From assembly GCA_963803435.1 (NCBI GenBank), contig CAWDML010000009.1, positions 1,568,001-1,632,000 on the forward strand: a stretch of 64,000 nucleotides of DNA, in the 5' to 3' direction. The position numbers were made by a program, and so were the translations under genes. Position 1 is the first letter of the stretch. Each line of letters begins with the position of its first letter. Of this stretch, positions 1 to 10,879 are shown piece after piece. Under the pieces are notes generated by a model. It was not told the origin of the DNA. It was given only the letters and a program-made list of their open reading frames with translations, and made no database searches. Origin of the DNA: an uncultured delta proteobacterium. GTDB taxonomy: Bacteria > Myxococcota > Kuafuiibacteriia > Kuafuiibacteriales > Kuafuiibacteriaceae.

Positions 1-11
1 GCCTGCTCGGG

Positions 12-3000
12 GTGCACCGCACCACCCTCTCGCATCTGGCGGCGGACCTATCGGCAAGCTCGCTTGCACGCGCCCGGATCGCACGTTTGTCGCCGCTGGG
101 GATGGAGGCGGTCGCCACGCGCAGCGTCCACGCGGTCCGCACCGGGCGATCGCTCCGCTACTTCGGGCCGGTGGTCGAAACGCCGGGGTTCGGGCGGGCG
201 GTGGCGCGGACGCTCGCGGAGCTTCGCGAGGCCCGGGTCCAGCCGGCCGCGCTCCTCGGGCGCGACCCGGCCTCCGAGGATCTCGCCCACCTCCTGGAGG
301 CCTATCGGTCCCAGCTCGGGCGGCTCAGGCTGGCCGATCGGGCCGCCGTGCTGGAGGCCGCCGTCACCTCGGCCGAGGCCGGGACGCATCGGCTCGTGGG
401 GCTGCCAATCGTGCTCCTCGACCTGATCCCACAGAGCGTCCTCGAGGCCAATCTCTTGGGTGCGCTCGCGCGAGCGTCGCGCGGCGTGCTGGCGACCGCG
501 CCCCAGGGCGAGCCGGTCGACGTGGGTCGCGTCGAGCGCGCGCTGGGAGTGACGGCGGAGCGGCTCGGTGAGGGGGCCGAGGTCGAGCGGACGATCGATC
601 GCGCGCGCGCCTACGTCTTCTCTCCCCAGGTGCCGCCGCCCGCGGTCGAGGACGACGGCTCCTTCGAGCTCTTCTCCGCGCCCGGTGAGGCGCGCGAGGC
701 CGTGGAGATCGCGCGGCGCATCCGTCGCCTCGCCGAGGAGGGCGTGGCCTTCAATCGGATCGCCGTCCTCTTGCGGCGCGCCGAGACCTACCAGCTCCCG
801 ATCGCGGACGCGCTCCGGCGCGCCCAGATCCCCGGCTTCTTCACCCACGGCACCAAGCGCCCGGACCCGTCGGGACGCGGGCTCCTCCTCCTGCTCGCCT
901 GCGCCGCCGAGGGCCTCACGGCCTCACGGTTCGCCGAGTACCTCTCGCTCGGCCAGCTCCCCGAGCCGGCCGACGACGGCGGGCCTCCGAAGAAGGAGGT
1001 GGCCTGGGTCGCGCCCAAGAACGACCTCCAATTGGTCTTCACCGAGCGGGTGGCGATGACCGAGGAGGAGCGGGCGCGCCGGGCCCACCTGCCGGTACCG
1101 ATGCAGTGGGAGCAGCTCCTGGTCGACGCCGCGGTGATCGGAGGACGCCAGCGATGGGTCCGGCGGCTGCGGGGGCTGGAGGCGGAGCTGTCGTTCCAGG
1201 CGGAGGGTCTGTACGGCGAGGACGACGTCCGCATCGAGAAGAAGCTGGCCGACCTCACCGCGCTCAGGAACCTGCGGCGCTTTGCGCTCCCGATCATCGA
1301 GCTCCTCGGAGAGCTCCCCGAACGCGCGCTCTGGCGGATCTGGCTGGTGCGGCTCCGTACGCTGGCTTCGATGGCGCTCGCCGATCCGGAGGCGATCCTG
1401 AGGGTGCTGGCGGAGCTCGAGCCGCTCGGCGAGGTGGGTCCGGTCGGCCTGGATGAAGTGCGCGACGTGCTCACCGAGCGCCTCTCCTTCCTGCGGGAGG
1501 AAGCGGACGATCACCGATTCGGTCGCGTGTTCGTGGGGACGCTCGACGAGTCGGCGGGCCGCACCTTCGAGGCGGTCTTCGTGCCGGGGCTGGCCGAGGG
1601 CATGTTCCCCCGGAAGAGCTTCGAGGATCCGCTGCTCCTCGACGCGCAGCGGGCGACCCTGGGGGCAGAGCTGTCGCTTCGACCCGATCGGATCCGCGGC
1701 GAGCGTGCGCGCCTCTTCCGCGCGATCGGGGCCGCCGAGTCGCGGTTGGTGGTCTCCTACCCGCGCATGGACGTGAGCACCGGACGGCCGCGGGTGCCCT
1801 CGCTGTTCGCGCTCGAGCTGTTGCGCGCCGCCGAGGGGCGCCTCCCCGATCTCGCCTCGCTGGAGGCGCGGGCGGCGGAGGCGGCCGACGCCCGGCTGGG
1901 CTGGCCGGCGCCCTCGCGGCCCGAGGACGCGATCGACGACGCCGAGTACGACCTCTCGGTGCTGGGCCCACTCCTGTTCCGCACTCCGGAGGCCGTGCGA
2001 GGTCGCGGGCGCTACCTGATCGAGGACAGCCTGGGGCGCGATCGCAACGAGTGCCTGGTGCGATCGCTCCGGGCGCAGGCCGCGCGCTGGCGCTCGCCGT
2101 GGACCCCCAAGGACGGATTGATGCTCCCGGGCGCGCTCGAGGATCAGCGACCGTTCGCGCGCAGCTACTCGCCGACCGCGCTCCAGAACTACGCCGCCTG
2201 TCCCTACCGCTTCCACCTCCACGCGATCCTGCGCCTCCGCCCGCGGGAGCAGGTCGCCGCGGTCGAGGAGCTCGATCCGCTGACGCGGGGCACGCTGTTT
2301 CACTCGGTGCAGTTCCGCCTCTTCGGAGCGCTGCACCGGCGCAACCTCCACCCGGTCAAGCCGGAGTCGCTCGAGGAGGTGTTCGCGGTGCTCGACGAGA
2401 CGCTCGATCGGGTGGACTCGGAGTACCGGGAGCGGCTGGCACCGGCGATCCCACAGGTGTGGCGCCGTCAGATCGAGAGCATGCGGGCCGAGCTGCGGCG
2501 ATGGCTGCGGCAGGTGGCCGCGCTGGACACCGAATGGATGCCGATCCACGCCGAGCTCGCGTTCGGGCTCCCGGACGACGTCGCGGAGCGCGATCCCGAC
2601 AGCGACAGAGAGTCCGCGGTGATCCTCGATCGCTGGCGCGTGCGCGGCTCGGTGGACCTGGTGGAGGCGCACGTCTCGAGCGGCGTCCTCCGCGCCACCG
2701 ATCACAAGACCGGGCGGCCTCACGCGAAGCGGCCGATGTTCGTCGGCGGCGGCGAGGCCCTCCAGCCGTTGCTCTACGCCCTCGCGATCGAAGCGCTGAA
2801 GAAGCGGAGCGGCGGTCGCAAGAAGCAGCCGGGCGTCGACTCGGGACGGCTGTATTACTGCACGCCGCGCGGCGGATACGATCGCGTGGACATCCCGGTG
2901 ACCGATCAGGCCCGCGACCGCATCGAGGCCGTGATGGAGACGATCGACGACGCGATCGCCGCCGGATTCTTCCCGGCCGCCCCGCGGGCGGGGGCCTGCG

Positions 3001-3107
3001 AGTATTGCGACTACCGGGCGATCTGCGGGCCCAACGAGGAGCTGCGGTTCACCCGGAAGGATCAGGATCAGCTGGTGCCGCTCAGCGCGCTCCGGAGGAT
3101 GCCGTGA
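12..3107 (+). CDS. addB: ATP-dependent helicase/nuclease subunit B (AddB/RexB-like, PD-(D/E)XK nuclease); true start probably lies before the window edge
   Basis: Degenerate helicase-like N-terminus, SPTALQNYAACPYRF, nuclease motif RGSVDLVE...DHKTG, C-terminal Fe-S cysteines CEYCDYRAIC; GTGA overlap with addA. Confidence 0.85.
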   Translation: MHRTTLSHLAADLSASSLARARIARLSPLGMEAVATRSVHAVRTGRSLRYFGPVVETPGFGRAVARTLAELREARVQPAALLGRDPASEDLAHLLEAYRSQLGRLRLADRAAVLEAAVTSAEAGTHRLVGLPIVLLDLIPQSVLEANLLGALARASRGVLATAPQGEPVDVGRVERALGVTAERLGEGAEVERTIDRARAYVFSPQVPPPAVEDDGSFELFSAPGEAREAVEIARRIRRLAEEGVAFNRIAVLLRRAETYQLPIADALRRAQIPGFFTHGTKRPDPSGRGLLLLLACAAEGLTASRFAEYLSLGQLPEPADDGGPPKKEVAWVAPKNDLQLVFTERVAMTEEERARRAHLPVPMQWEQLLVDAAVIGGRQRWVRRLRGLEAELSFQAEGLYGEDDVRIEKKLADLTALRNLRRFALPIIELLGELPERALWRIWLVRLRTLASMALADPEAILRVLAELEPLGEVGPVGLDEVRDVLTERLSFLREEADDHRFGRVFVGTLDESAGRTFEAVFVPGLAEGMFPRKSFEDPLLLDAQRATLGAELSLRPDRIRGERARLFRAIGAAESRLVVSYPRMDVSTGRPRVPSLFALELLRAAEGRLPDLASLEARAAEAADARLGWPAPSRPEDAIDDAEYDLSVLGPLLFRTPEAVRGRGRYLIEDSLGRDRNECLVRSLRAQAARWRSPWTPKDGLMLPGALEDQRPFARSYSPTALQNYAACPYRFHLHAILRLRPREQVAAVEELDPLTRGTLFHSVQFRLFGALHRRNLHPVKPESLEEVFAVLDETLDRVDSEYRERLAPAIPQVWRRQIESMRAELRRWLRQVAALDTEWMPIHAELAFGLPDDVAERDPDSDRESAVILDRWRVRGSVDLVEAHVSSGVLRATDHKTGRPHAKRPMFVGGGEALQPLLYALAIEALKKRSGGRKKQPGVDSGRLYYCTPRGGYDRVDIPVTDQARDRIEAVMETIDDAIAAGFFPAAPRAGACEYCDYRAICGPNEELRFTRKDQDQLVPLSALRRMP

Positions 3108-6100
3108 CCCTGGCAGAGGACGCGGCGGCGCGCCGCATCATCGAGGAGGCGCTCGACGAGAGCCTGCTGGTCGAGGCCGCGGCGGGGACCGGCAAGACCA
3201 CCGAGCTGGTGCGGCGGATCGCGCGCGTGCTGGCGCGCGGCAAGACCACCATCGACAAGATCGTGGCCGTCACCTTCACCCGCAAGGCCGCCGGTGAGCT
3301 GAAGATCCGTCTCCGCCAGGAGCTCGATCGAGCGCAGAAGCTCGCCGACGCGGACGAGCTGCCCCTGCTGGAGCGGGCGACGGCGCGGCTCGAGGAGGCC
3401 CGCATCGGCACCATCCACTCCTTCTGCGCCGAGATCCTGAGAGAGCGCCCGGTGGAGGCCCGCGTCGATCCGATGTTCGAGGAGCTGGCGGAGGACGAGG
3501 CACCCCGCCTGTTCAAGCGGGCCTTCAGCCGCTGGATGCAGGAGAAGCTTTCGAATCCACCGCCGGGCGTGGCGCGGGCGATGAGTCGCAAGCTGCGCTG
3601 GGATCGCCGGACACCGGTGCAGAAGCTGCTCGACGCCGGCCAGCGGCTGGTCGAGTGGCGCGACTTCCCGGCGCGATGGACCAAGAAGCCGTTCGACCGC
3701 GAGGGTGAGATCGCGCGGCTGGTCCAGGAGGTGCGGAGCGTCGCCGAGGACAGCGCCCGCTGCCGCGAGGCGCGCGACCGTCTCTTCCAGGGCCTCTCCC
3801 CCGCCCGCGACTTCATTCAGGAGCTCGACCGCCGGGAGCTGGACGCGCCCCGCGATCTCGACTTCATCGAGGGGCGGCTGATCGAGCTCGCGTCGGATCT
3901 GCGGCGCTCCTCCGCGAAGGGGACCGGCGCATACGGCGACGGCATCACGCGGGAGCGGATGATCGCGCGCAAGGCGGCGCTCGAGGCCCAGCTCGAGCGC
4001 TTCCAGCGGCCCGCCGACGCCGATCTGGCCGCTGCGCTGCAGGAGGAGCTCGAGGAGGTCATTGTCCGCTACGAGGCGGAGAAGAGCCGCACCGGCAAGC
4101 TCGACTTCGTCGATCTCCTGCTCAAGGTGAGGAACCTGATCCGAGACGACGCCGGCGTGCGATCGTTTCTCCAGCAGCGGTTCACACACCTGTTCGTGGA
4201 CGAGTTTCAGGACACGGATCCGCTCCAGACCGAGATCCTGCTCCTGCTCTCCGCGTCCGATCCGGCCCAGGCCGACTGGCGCCGGATCCGGCCCCACCCG
4301 GGGAAGCTGTTCCTGGTGGGCGACCCCAAGCAGTCGATCTACCGCTTCCGCCGCGCGGACGTGGTCCTGTATCAGGAGGTCCGACGCGCGCTCTCGCTGG
4401 CTGGGGTTCGGGTCGTGCATCTGTCGAAGAGCTTCCGCGCCCCCGACCCGATCCAGCGCGCGGTCAACTTCGCCTTCGCGCCGGAGATGGTGGAGGACCC
4501 GGCCAGCGGACAGCCGGGCTACGTACCCCTCGAGGGCGGCCCGCCGGTGGAGGCCCACCACCAGCCTTCGATCGTGGCCCTGCCGGTCCCGCATCCGCAC
4601 GGGCGGTTCGGGATCTACAAGTCGGCGGTGGAGCGCTCGCTCCCCGACGCGGTGGGCGCGTTCGTCGAGTGGCTCCTGCAAAAGAGCGGTTGGACGGTCC
4701 GCGAGGATCAGGCGCGCGTCCCGATCGCTCCGCGCCACGTGTGCGTCCTGTTCAAGCGCTACCTCTCCTTCGGGAACGACGTGACGGCGCCTTACGTCCG
4801 CTCGCTGGAGGCGCGCAGCGTCCCCCACGTGCTGGTCGGCTCGCGCTCGTTCTTCCTCCGCGAGGAGGTCGAGGCCCTCCGCGCCGCGCTCTCCTCCATC
4901 GAGTGGCCCGAGGACGAGCTGTCGGCCTACGCCACGCTGCGGGGCCCGCTCTTCGCGATCCCCGACGATCTCTTGCTCTCGTGGAAGCGCGACCGGGGGA
5001 GCTTCGCGCCCCTCGATCTAGACGTAGGCGCCGAGGTCGCCGCCGAGCTCGCACCGGTGAAGCAAGCGCTCGAGCGGTTGAAGACGCTCTCGCACGAGCG
5101 GAACAACCGGCCGATCGTCGACACGCTCAACACGCTCCTCGACGAGACCCGCGCCCACGCCGGCTTCGCGCTCCGTCCCGCCGGCAATCAGGTCCTCGCC
5201 AACGTGCAGCGCATCTGCGATCTCGCCCGCAGCTTCGAGCTGTCGGGAGGGCTGTCGTTCCGCGGCTTCGTGGAGCGCGTCGACGAGGAGGCGGAGAAGG
5301 AGCGCAGCAGCGAGGCGCCGATCTTCGAGGAGGGTACCGAGGGCGTGCGCATCATGACCGTCCACGCCGCCAAGGGTCTCGAGTTTCCCATCGTGATCCT
5401 CGCGGATCTCACGAACGCCCTCTCCTACCGGAACCCCGACCGCTACGTCGATCAAGCGCGCGGGCTCTCGGCGACCCGCTTGCTCGGCTGCGCACCCTGG
5501 GAGCTCACCGAGCACCTCGAGGAGGAGAAGCTGCGCGACGAGGCAGAGGGCGTCCGGGTCGCCTACGTGGCGGCCACGCGCGCGCGCGATCTGCTGGTGG
5601 TGCCGGCGATCGGCGAGGGCCCGTCGGTGAAGGATCTGGGCCGCACCTGGCTCTCGCCGCTCGACCGCGTCATCTATCCGCCGCGGTCGAGCTGGCGGAA
5701 CGCCGCCGCCGCGCCGGCGTGCCCGCGGCTGGGCAGCGAGACCGCGCTGAGCACCGCGCCGGAGAGTCAGTTCGTGCCCGGGACGATCGAGCCGGGGCTC
5801 CATCGGGCCTCCGCGTCGGCGCCGGAGGTGGCGTGGTTCGATCCTCGGGTCCTCGACCTCTCACCGCACGGCGCGTACGGGCTGCGCCAGGAGCAGTTCC
5901 TGGCGCAGGACGAAGAGGGACTGGCCGAGCACGGCATCGCTCGCTACGAGACCTGGAAGCGCGACGTCGAGGCGGCGATCGAGGAGGGCGGCCTCGCCAC
6001 CATGCTCCCGCTGCGGGCGAGCGAGGCGCTCTATGCGCCGGACGGCTTCACGGGCGTCATCGACGAGGTCAAGCTTCCCCGCGCTCCGGGCCGGCCGAGC

Positions 6101-6526
6101 GGCCGGCGCTTCGGGACCCTGGTTCACACGATCCTCCGCGACGTCCCGCTCGACGCCGACCGGGCGGCGATCGAGGCGCTCGCCGAGGTGCACGGCCGCG
6201 TCCTGGGCGCGGGCACGGACGAGGTCGAGGCGGCGGTCGCGCCGGTCGAGGGGCTCCTCGGCCATGAGCTGATCGCGCGGGCGCGCGCCGCCGAGCGCGT
6301 GCTTCGCGAGCACCCGATCCTGTACGAGACGGATGATGGCACGCTGCTCGACGGGACGATCGATCTGCTGTTCTTCGCGGCTGGCCGCTGGACGGTCGTC
6401 GACTTCAAGACCAACGCCGACGTCCGGGCGCGGCGGGATCAGTATCACCGGCAGATGGCCTGGTATGCGTTCGCGCTGGAGCGGATCACCGAGCAGCCGG
6501 TGCACGCGATCCTGCTCGGGATCTAA
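3104..6526 (+). CDS. addA: ATP-dependent helicase/nuclease subunit A (AddA, UvrD-type helicase plus RecB-like nuclease)
   Basis: Walker A EAAAGTGKT, VTFTRKAA, VDEFQDT, VGDPKQSIYRFR, MTVHAAKGLEF, YVAATRAR, C-terminal GTIDLLF...VVDFKT; GTG start at 3104 overlaps the addB stop. Confidence 0.9.
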   Translation: MTLAEDAAARRIIEEALDESLLVEAAAGTGKTTELVRRIARVLARGKTTIDKIVAVTFTRKAAGELKIRLRQELDRAQKLADADELPLLERATARLEEARIGTIHSFCAEILRERPVEARVDPMFEELAEDEAPRLFKRAFSRWMQEKLSNPPPGVARAMSRKLRWDRRTPVQKLLDAGQRLVEWRDFPARWTKKPFDREGEIARLVQEVRSVAEDSARCREARDRLFQGLSPARDFIQELDRRELDAPRDLDFIEGRLIELASDLRRSSAKGTGAYGDGITRERMIARKAALEAQLERFQRPADADLAAALQEELEEVIVRYEAEKSRTGKLDFVDLLLKVRNLIRDDAGVRSFLQQRFTHLFVDEFQDTDPLQTEILLLLSASDPAQADWRRIRPHPGKLFLVGDPKQSIYRFRRADVVLYQEVRRALSLAGVRVVHLSKSFRAPDPIQRAVNFAFAPEMVEDPASGQPGYVPLEGGPPVEAHHQPSIVALPVPHPHGRFGIYKSAVERSLPDAVGAFVEWLLQKSGWTVREDQARVPIAPRHVCVLFKRYLSFGNDVTAPYVRSLEARSVPHVLVGSRSFFLREEVEALRAALSSIEWPEDELSAYATLRGPLFAIPDDLLLSWKRDRGSFAPLDLDVGAEVAAELAPVKQALERLKTLSHERNNRPIVDTLNTLLDETRAHAGFALRPAGNQVLANVQRICDLARSFELSGGLSFRGFVERVDEEAEKERSSEAPIFEEGTEGVRIMTVHAAKGLEFPIVILADLTNALSYRNPDRYVDQARGLSATRLLGCAPWELTEHLEEEKLRDEAEGVRVAYVAATRARDLLVVPAIGEGPSVKDLGRTWLSPLDRVIYPPRSSWRNAAAAPACPRLGSETALSTAPESQFVPGTIEPGLHRASASAPEVAWFDPRVLDLSPHGAYGLRQEQFLAQDEEGLAEHGIARYETWKRDVEAAIEEGGLATMLPLRASEALYAPDGFTGVIDEVKLPRAPGRPSGRRFGTLVHTILRDVPLDADRAAIEALAEVHGRVLGAGTDEVEAAVAPVEGLLGHELIARARAAERVLREHPILYETDDGTLLDGTIDLLFFAAGRWTVVDFKTNADVRARRDQYHRQMAWYAFALERITEQPVHAILLGI

Positions 6527-7320
6527 CCGACCTGCGCGCTGACGAAGCTGTCGCGGAACAGGTACCCCTGCACGTAGTCGACGCCGAGCGTCTTGGCGAT
6601 GCTGAGGTGCCGCCGGCTCTCGACGCCTTCGAGGACGATCGCGATACCGCGTGCCTTGGCGAACTGGACCAGCCCGGCGATCAGCGCCCGGTAGGCGGGA
6701 TCCTTCTCCAGGCGCACGAACCAGCGGCGATCGAGCTTCACGTAGTCGCAGTTCTCCAGCAGGTCGAACGAGAAGAGGTTCCGCGAGCCGCCGACATCGT
6801 CGAGCGCGACCTTGATCCCGTGCTCGGCCAGCGTGGCGGTGAAGCGCTGGATGTTGTCCAGGTTGGTGATGGTCGTGTTCTCGATGATCTCGACGATCAG
6901 ATCCGATTGCCCGCCGAACGAGGTGAGCCAGTGGTCCAGCTGATAGGGCTCTTCGCACACATGAGGATCGAGGTTGAGGAAGAGGTGACCGTGCTTCGGC
7001 CGGTGCTCCATCTGGAACGTCTTCGAGCGGGACTCGAGGAAGAAGAACAGCGTGCGATCGTCATGCAGCGAGTCGAAGACCTCGTTCGGGGCGAACGTCT
7101 TGCCGTCGAGGACGAAGCGCGCGAGCGATTCGTATCCCCATACTTTTTCTTGTTCCGTATCGACGATCGGCTGGTATTCGCAGGCGAGGCGCCGGCTCTC
7201 GAGCACGCGAACGATCTTCGCCTTGAGCGGCGTCTCGACCGCGACGGCGGGAAAATTGGAGTCGATCGCCACCACCCGCCGCATCTTGCGCATCTTAGGA
7301 ACCACCGCACGGCTCCTCAA
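6523..7320 (-). CDS. Stand-alone EAL-domain c-di-GMP phosphodiesterase (start may be ~27 nt further in)
   Basis: YQPIVD, YESLARF, LFLNL, IVEIIE, ALDDVG, DYVKLD, LEGVE, VQGYLF motifs. Confidence 0.85.
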   Translation of the reverse strand: MRSRAVVPKMRKMRRVVAIDSNFPAVAVETPLKAKIVRVLESRRLACEYQPIVDTEQEKVWGYESLARFVLDGKTFAPNEVFDSLHDDRTLFFFLESRSKTFQMEHRPKHGHLFLNLDPHVCEEPYQLDHWLTSFGGQSDLIVEIIENTTITNLDNIQRFTATLAEHGIKVALDDVGGSRNLFSFDLLENCDYVKLDRRWFVRLEKDPAYRALIAGLVQFAKARGIAIVLEGVESRRHLSIAKTLGVDYVQGYLFRDSFVSAQVG

Positions 7321-7347
7321 CGTAGGTCATCCACGTTCATGCGCCTC

Positions 7348-7710
7348 TCAGGCGATCGCCTCTCCACACCGCCAGCAGATCTCGAAGTGTCGCGGGTTCT
7401 CCTCGCCGCATCCGCGGCACAGGGAAACCGCGCCCGCGTCCGCGTCGAGGGAGAGTCGACCCGCCTCGCCATCGACCTCCGCGAGCGAGAGCGCGCCGTC
7501 GGCATCGCTGCTCGAGCGCAGCATCGCCAGCACCTCCTCGACCACCTCCAGGCACTCGGGCTGGACCCAGACCTCGGGCTGCTCCAAGCCGTACGGCGAG
7601 AAGGTGTCGTTCCTGACCATGGCGACCACCCCGTGCTGCTCGAGCACGGACCGGACGAAGTGGGCCTCGAACGCGGTCGGTGCCGTGAAGACCTTGATCA
7701 CCGACACCAC
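7348..7710 (-). CDS. Small DUF2007-like putative signal-transducing protein with C-terminal zinc ribbon
   Basis: C-terminal part of track ORF 7348..9531: VFTAPTAFEAHFVRSVLEQHGV...PEVWV and CRGCGEENPRHFEICWRCG. Confidence 0.75.
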   Translation of the reverse strand: MVSVIKVFTAPTAFEAHFVRSVLEQHGVVAMVRNDTFSPYGLEQPEVWVQPECLEVVEEVLAMLRSSSDADGALSLAEVDGEAGRLSLDADAGAVSLCRGCGEENPRHFEICWRCGEAIA

Positions 7711-7782
7711 ACATCGACCGCCCTGCAGCGCCTGGCAAGCGTGGGTGTTGCACCCCCCCGCCAACGACTGTAGGACCGCCGG

Positions 7783-8406
7783 ATGTCCTCGCTGGTGCTC
7801 GGAATTGCCGGCGGCACCGGGTCCGGAAAGACGACGATCGCCAACAAGATCGTCGAGGCGATCGGCGGGCGCGCCCTCTCGATCGATCACGACGCCTACT
7901 ACCACGACCTCTCGCACCTGCCCCTCGAGGAGCGGCAACAGGTGAACTTCGATCATCCGGACGCGCTCGACAACGACCTCTTCATCCAGCACCTGGGTGA
8001 GCTGCGCGCAGGACGTGCCATCCAGAAGCCCACCTACGACTTCCGGACGCACGTGCGAACTGCGGAGACCACCCGCGTCGATCCGGTACCCGTGATCGTG
8101 GTGGAGGGGATCCTGACCCTCGCGATCGCCGAGCTCCGGGCGATGTTCGACATCAAGGTGTTCGTCGACACCGCCGCGGACATCCGGCTGATGCGCCGGA
8201 TCCGGCGCGACCTCGAGCACCGGGGACGCGCCTTCGCGGACGTGCGAGAGCAGTACTACCGCACGGTCCGTCCGATGCACCTGGCGTTCGTCGAGCCGTC
8301 CAAGACCTCGGCCGACGTGATCATCCCCGAGGGCGGCAACAACGCCATTGCGATCGAGATCCTGGTGGGTCGCATCCGCCACTTCTTGCACGAGCGGGGG
8401 AGTTGA
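7783..8406 (+). CDS. udk: Uridine kinase
   Basis: GIAGGTGSGKTT, DAYYHD, NFDHPDA, IVVEGIL, RRIRRD, ADVIIPEGG. Confidence 0.95.
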   Translation: MSSLVLGIAGGTGSGKTTIANKIVEAIGGRALSIDHDAYYHDLSHLPLEERQQVNFDHPDALDNDLFIQHLGELRAGRAIQKPTYDFRTHVRTAETTRVDPVPVIVVEGILTLAIAELRAMFDIKVFVDTAADIRLMRRIRRDLEHRGRAFADVREQYYRTVRPMHLAFVEPSKTSADVIIPEGGNNAIAIEILVGRIRHFLHERGS

Positions 8407-8418
8407 TACTCTCGCGCG

Positions 8419-10096
8419 GTGTTCGACGCACGCTACGACCCGGGCGAGGTGATCGGAAAGGGCGGCATGGGGGAGGTCCTCCTCTGCCGCGATCGGGAGC
8501 TGGGGCGCCAGGTCGCCGTCAAGGTCGCGCAGGTGAGCAGCCCGCTGGCGCGCGAGATGTTCCTGCGCGAGGCCCGCATTCAGGGCCAGCTCGAGCACCC
8601 GGCGATCGTCCCGGTGTACGACCTGGGCAGCATGCCCGACGGACAACCGTACTTCGCGATGAAGCGAATCCTCGGCACCTCGCTCAAGGACATCGTCGCG
8701 CGTCTCGACGAGGGCGAGCAGGCGACCGAAAAGAAATACTCGCGCACCAAGCTTCTCAGCGCCTTCGTCAGCATCTGTCTCGCCATCGACTTCGCGCACT
8801 CTCGAAACGTGATCCACCGCGACCTCAAGCCGGCCAACATCATGCTCGGGGAGTTCGGCGAGGTGTACGTCCTCGACTGGGGCATCGCGAAGCTGCTTGG
8901 CGACTCGGAGCCGAGCGGAGAGCCTCCCATCGATCGCGATTCCGACGCTGGGCAGACGACCGACGGTGGCGTCTTCGGCACGCCGGGCTACATGGCGCCG
9001 GAGCAGCTCGCCGGAGTTCGTGACGCGATCTCGGTTCGCACCGACGTCTATGCGCTGGGAGCGATCATGTTCGAGATCCTGACGCTGGAGCCGATGCATG
9101 CGCAGCGCGCCACGCTCACGGCACCGGACCTCGCAATCCCGCCCGAGCTCGCCGCCATCTGCGAGCGCGCGACGGCGAAGGAGCCGAGCGCGCGCTGGTC
9201 GTCGGCGAGGGAGATGGCCGACGCCGTCGAGCGCTTCCTGGAGGGCGACCGCGACGTCGAGATGCGGCATCGGGCGGCGCAGGAGCACCTGTCGGCCTCG
9301 CGTCGCGCGCTGGTCCGTGCGCGCGACCCGGCCGTCAACGAGCATGAGGAGCGCGCGGTCGGGCTCAGAGAGGCGGCCCGCGCGATGGCCCTCGACCCCA
9401 CCAGCAGCGAGCCGACCAAGGCCGTGCTCCAGATTCTTGCTCGAGCCGCCGCAGACGCTGCCGGCCGAGGCGGCCCGTGAGCTAGAGGAGGAGCGGATCG
9501 GTGCGCGGCGCGGGAGCGCGCGCCTCGGCATCTACAGCGCGCTGATCGCCTTCGCGCTCTTGAGCTTCACGATGGTGATGGGGGTCCGCGACTGGCGGCT
9601 CCTCGGGCTGGCCTACGTCGTCATCGGGCTGGCAGCGGCGGCCGGGCTCCTGGCGGTGACCGGGCGACCGGTGGGCCGCCAGCGCTACCTGGTGCTGATC
9701 TGCTGGACTGCGCTGCTCTTGATCCTGACGCGGCTGTTCGGACCGCTGATCATGGTGCCGTCGATCGCCGCCGGGGTGATGGTGCCGATGGTCCTGAACG
9801 CCACGGACCGCAGCGTCTACGTGGTGCTGATCGGCTCCGGCGTCCTGGTGGTGGTGCTCGCCCTCGAGCTCGCCGGCGTCATTCCGAGCTCGTATCTGTT
9901 CGCGGCCGGTCTGATGTGTGTCCAGCCCCAGCTGGCCGAGCTCCCGCGCTTCCCCACGCTCGCGCTCCTCACGCTCTCACAGCTGGGTGCCATCCTGATC
10001 ATGTTGAGGATGGTCGTGCAGATCCGCGATCGCCACCTCAACGCAGAGAAGCGGCTCCGGCTCCACGATTGGTACCTGAAGCGATTGATGAGGTGA
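8419..10096 (+). CDS. Membrane-anchored Ser/Thr protein kinase, split by a frameshift near 9430
   Basis: GKGGMG, VAVK, HRDLKPAN, DWG, GTPGYMAPEQ in 8419..9480; the multi-TM C-terminus continues in frame 9098..10096. Confidence 0.85.
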
Positions 10097-10852
10097 TCAC
10101 ATCGAGAGGCCGCCGTCGACGTCGATCGTGCGGCCGTTGAAGTAATCGCACTCGATGATGAACTTGACCGCGACCCAGATGTCTTCGGGCTCGCCGATGC
10201 GGCCCACCGGGATAGCCGCCACCAGCGCGTCGCGCGCCTTCGGGTTCATGCCCTGGGTCATGGGTGTCTCGATCATGCCGGGCGCGATGGCACCGACGCG
10301 GATCCCGAAGGCGGCGAACTCGCTGGCCCAGGTCCGGGTGTTGGCGGCGAGGGCCGCCTTGGCCGCGGAATAGTTCGACTGCCCGCGGTTCCCGTAGCGC
10401 GCGATCGACGACATGTTGACCAGCACGCCCTTCTGGCTCTTCTGCACCATCTTGGCGACGACGTCGCGCGCCATGAAGGTGGCGCCGGTGAGGTTGACGT
10501 CGATGACGGCCTGCCACTGCTCTGCGCTCATCACGACAATCTCGCCCGTGTTCTTGTCCTTCTTCACCAGGAGTCCGTCGCGCAGAATGCCGGCGTTGTT
10601 GATGAGGCCGGTCAGCCCGCTCATCTGAGCGAACGCCCAGTCGACGAATCCGTGGACGTCCTGCTCGTTCGATACGTCGAGCCGCCGCACGTGGATCCTG
10701 CCGTTGCCCTCGGCGGCGAGCGACTCCAGCCCCGCCTCGTTGACGTCGCCGGCGGCCACCTGGGCGCCCGCCTGGGCAAGCCGGAGCGCGAAGTGACGAC
10801 CCATGCCCTGGGCGGCGCCGGTCACGACCATCTTGGTGTCCTGGAGCTTCAT
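10097..10852 (-). CDS. SDR oxidoreductase, 3-oxoacyl-ACP reductase (FabG)-like
   Basis: TGAAQGMG, NNAGILRD, YSAAK, IAPGMIET. Confidence 0.9.
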   Translation of the reverse strand: MKLQDTKMVVTGAAQGMGRHFALRLAQAGAQVAAGDVNEAGLESLAAEGNGRIHVRRLDVSNEQDVHGFVDWAFAQMSGLTGLINNAGILRDGLLVKKDKNTGEIVVMSAEQWQAVIDVNLTGATFMARDVVAKMVQKSQKGVLVNMSSIARYGNRGQSNYSAAKAALAANTRTWASEFAAFGIRVGAIAPGMIETPMTQGMNPKARDALVAAIPVGRIGEPEDIWVAVKFIIECDYFNGRTIDVDGGLSM

Positions 10853-10879
10853 TGCGCGGAAGAAAAACCGCGCCCGACG

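Noticed and set aside
2051-3103. N-terminal extension of the 1491-aa ORF
   Set aside because: Arg-rich off-frame overlap with addB; addA starts at GTG 3104
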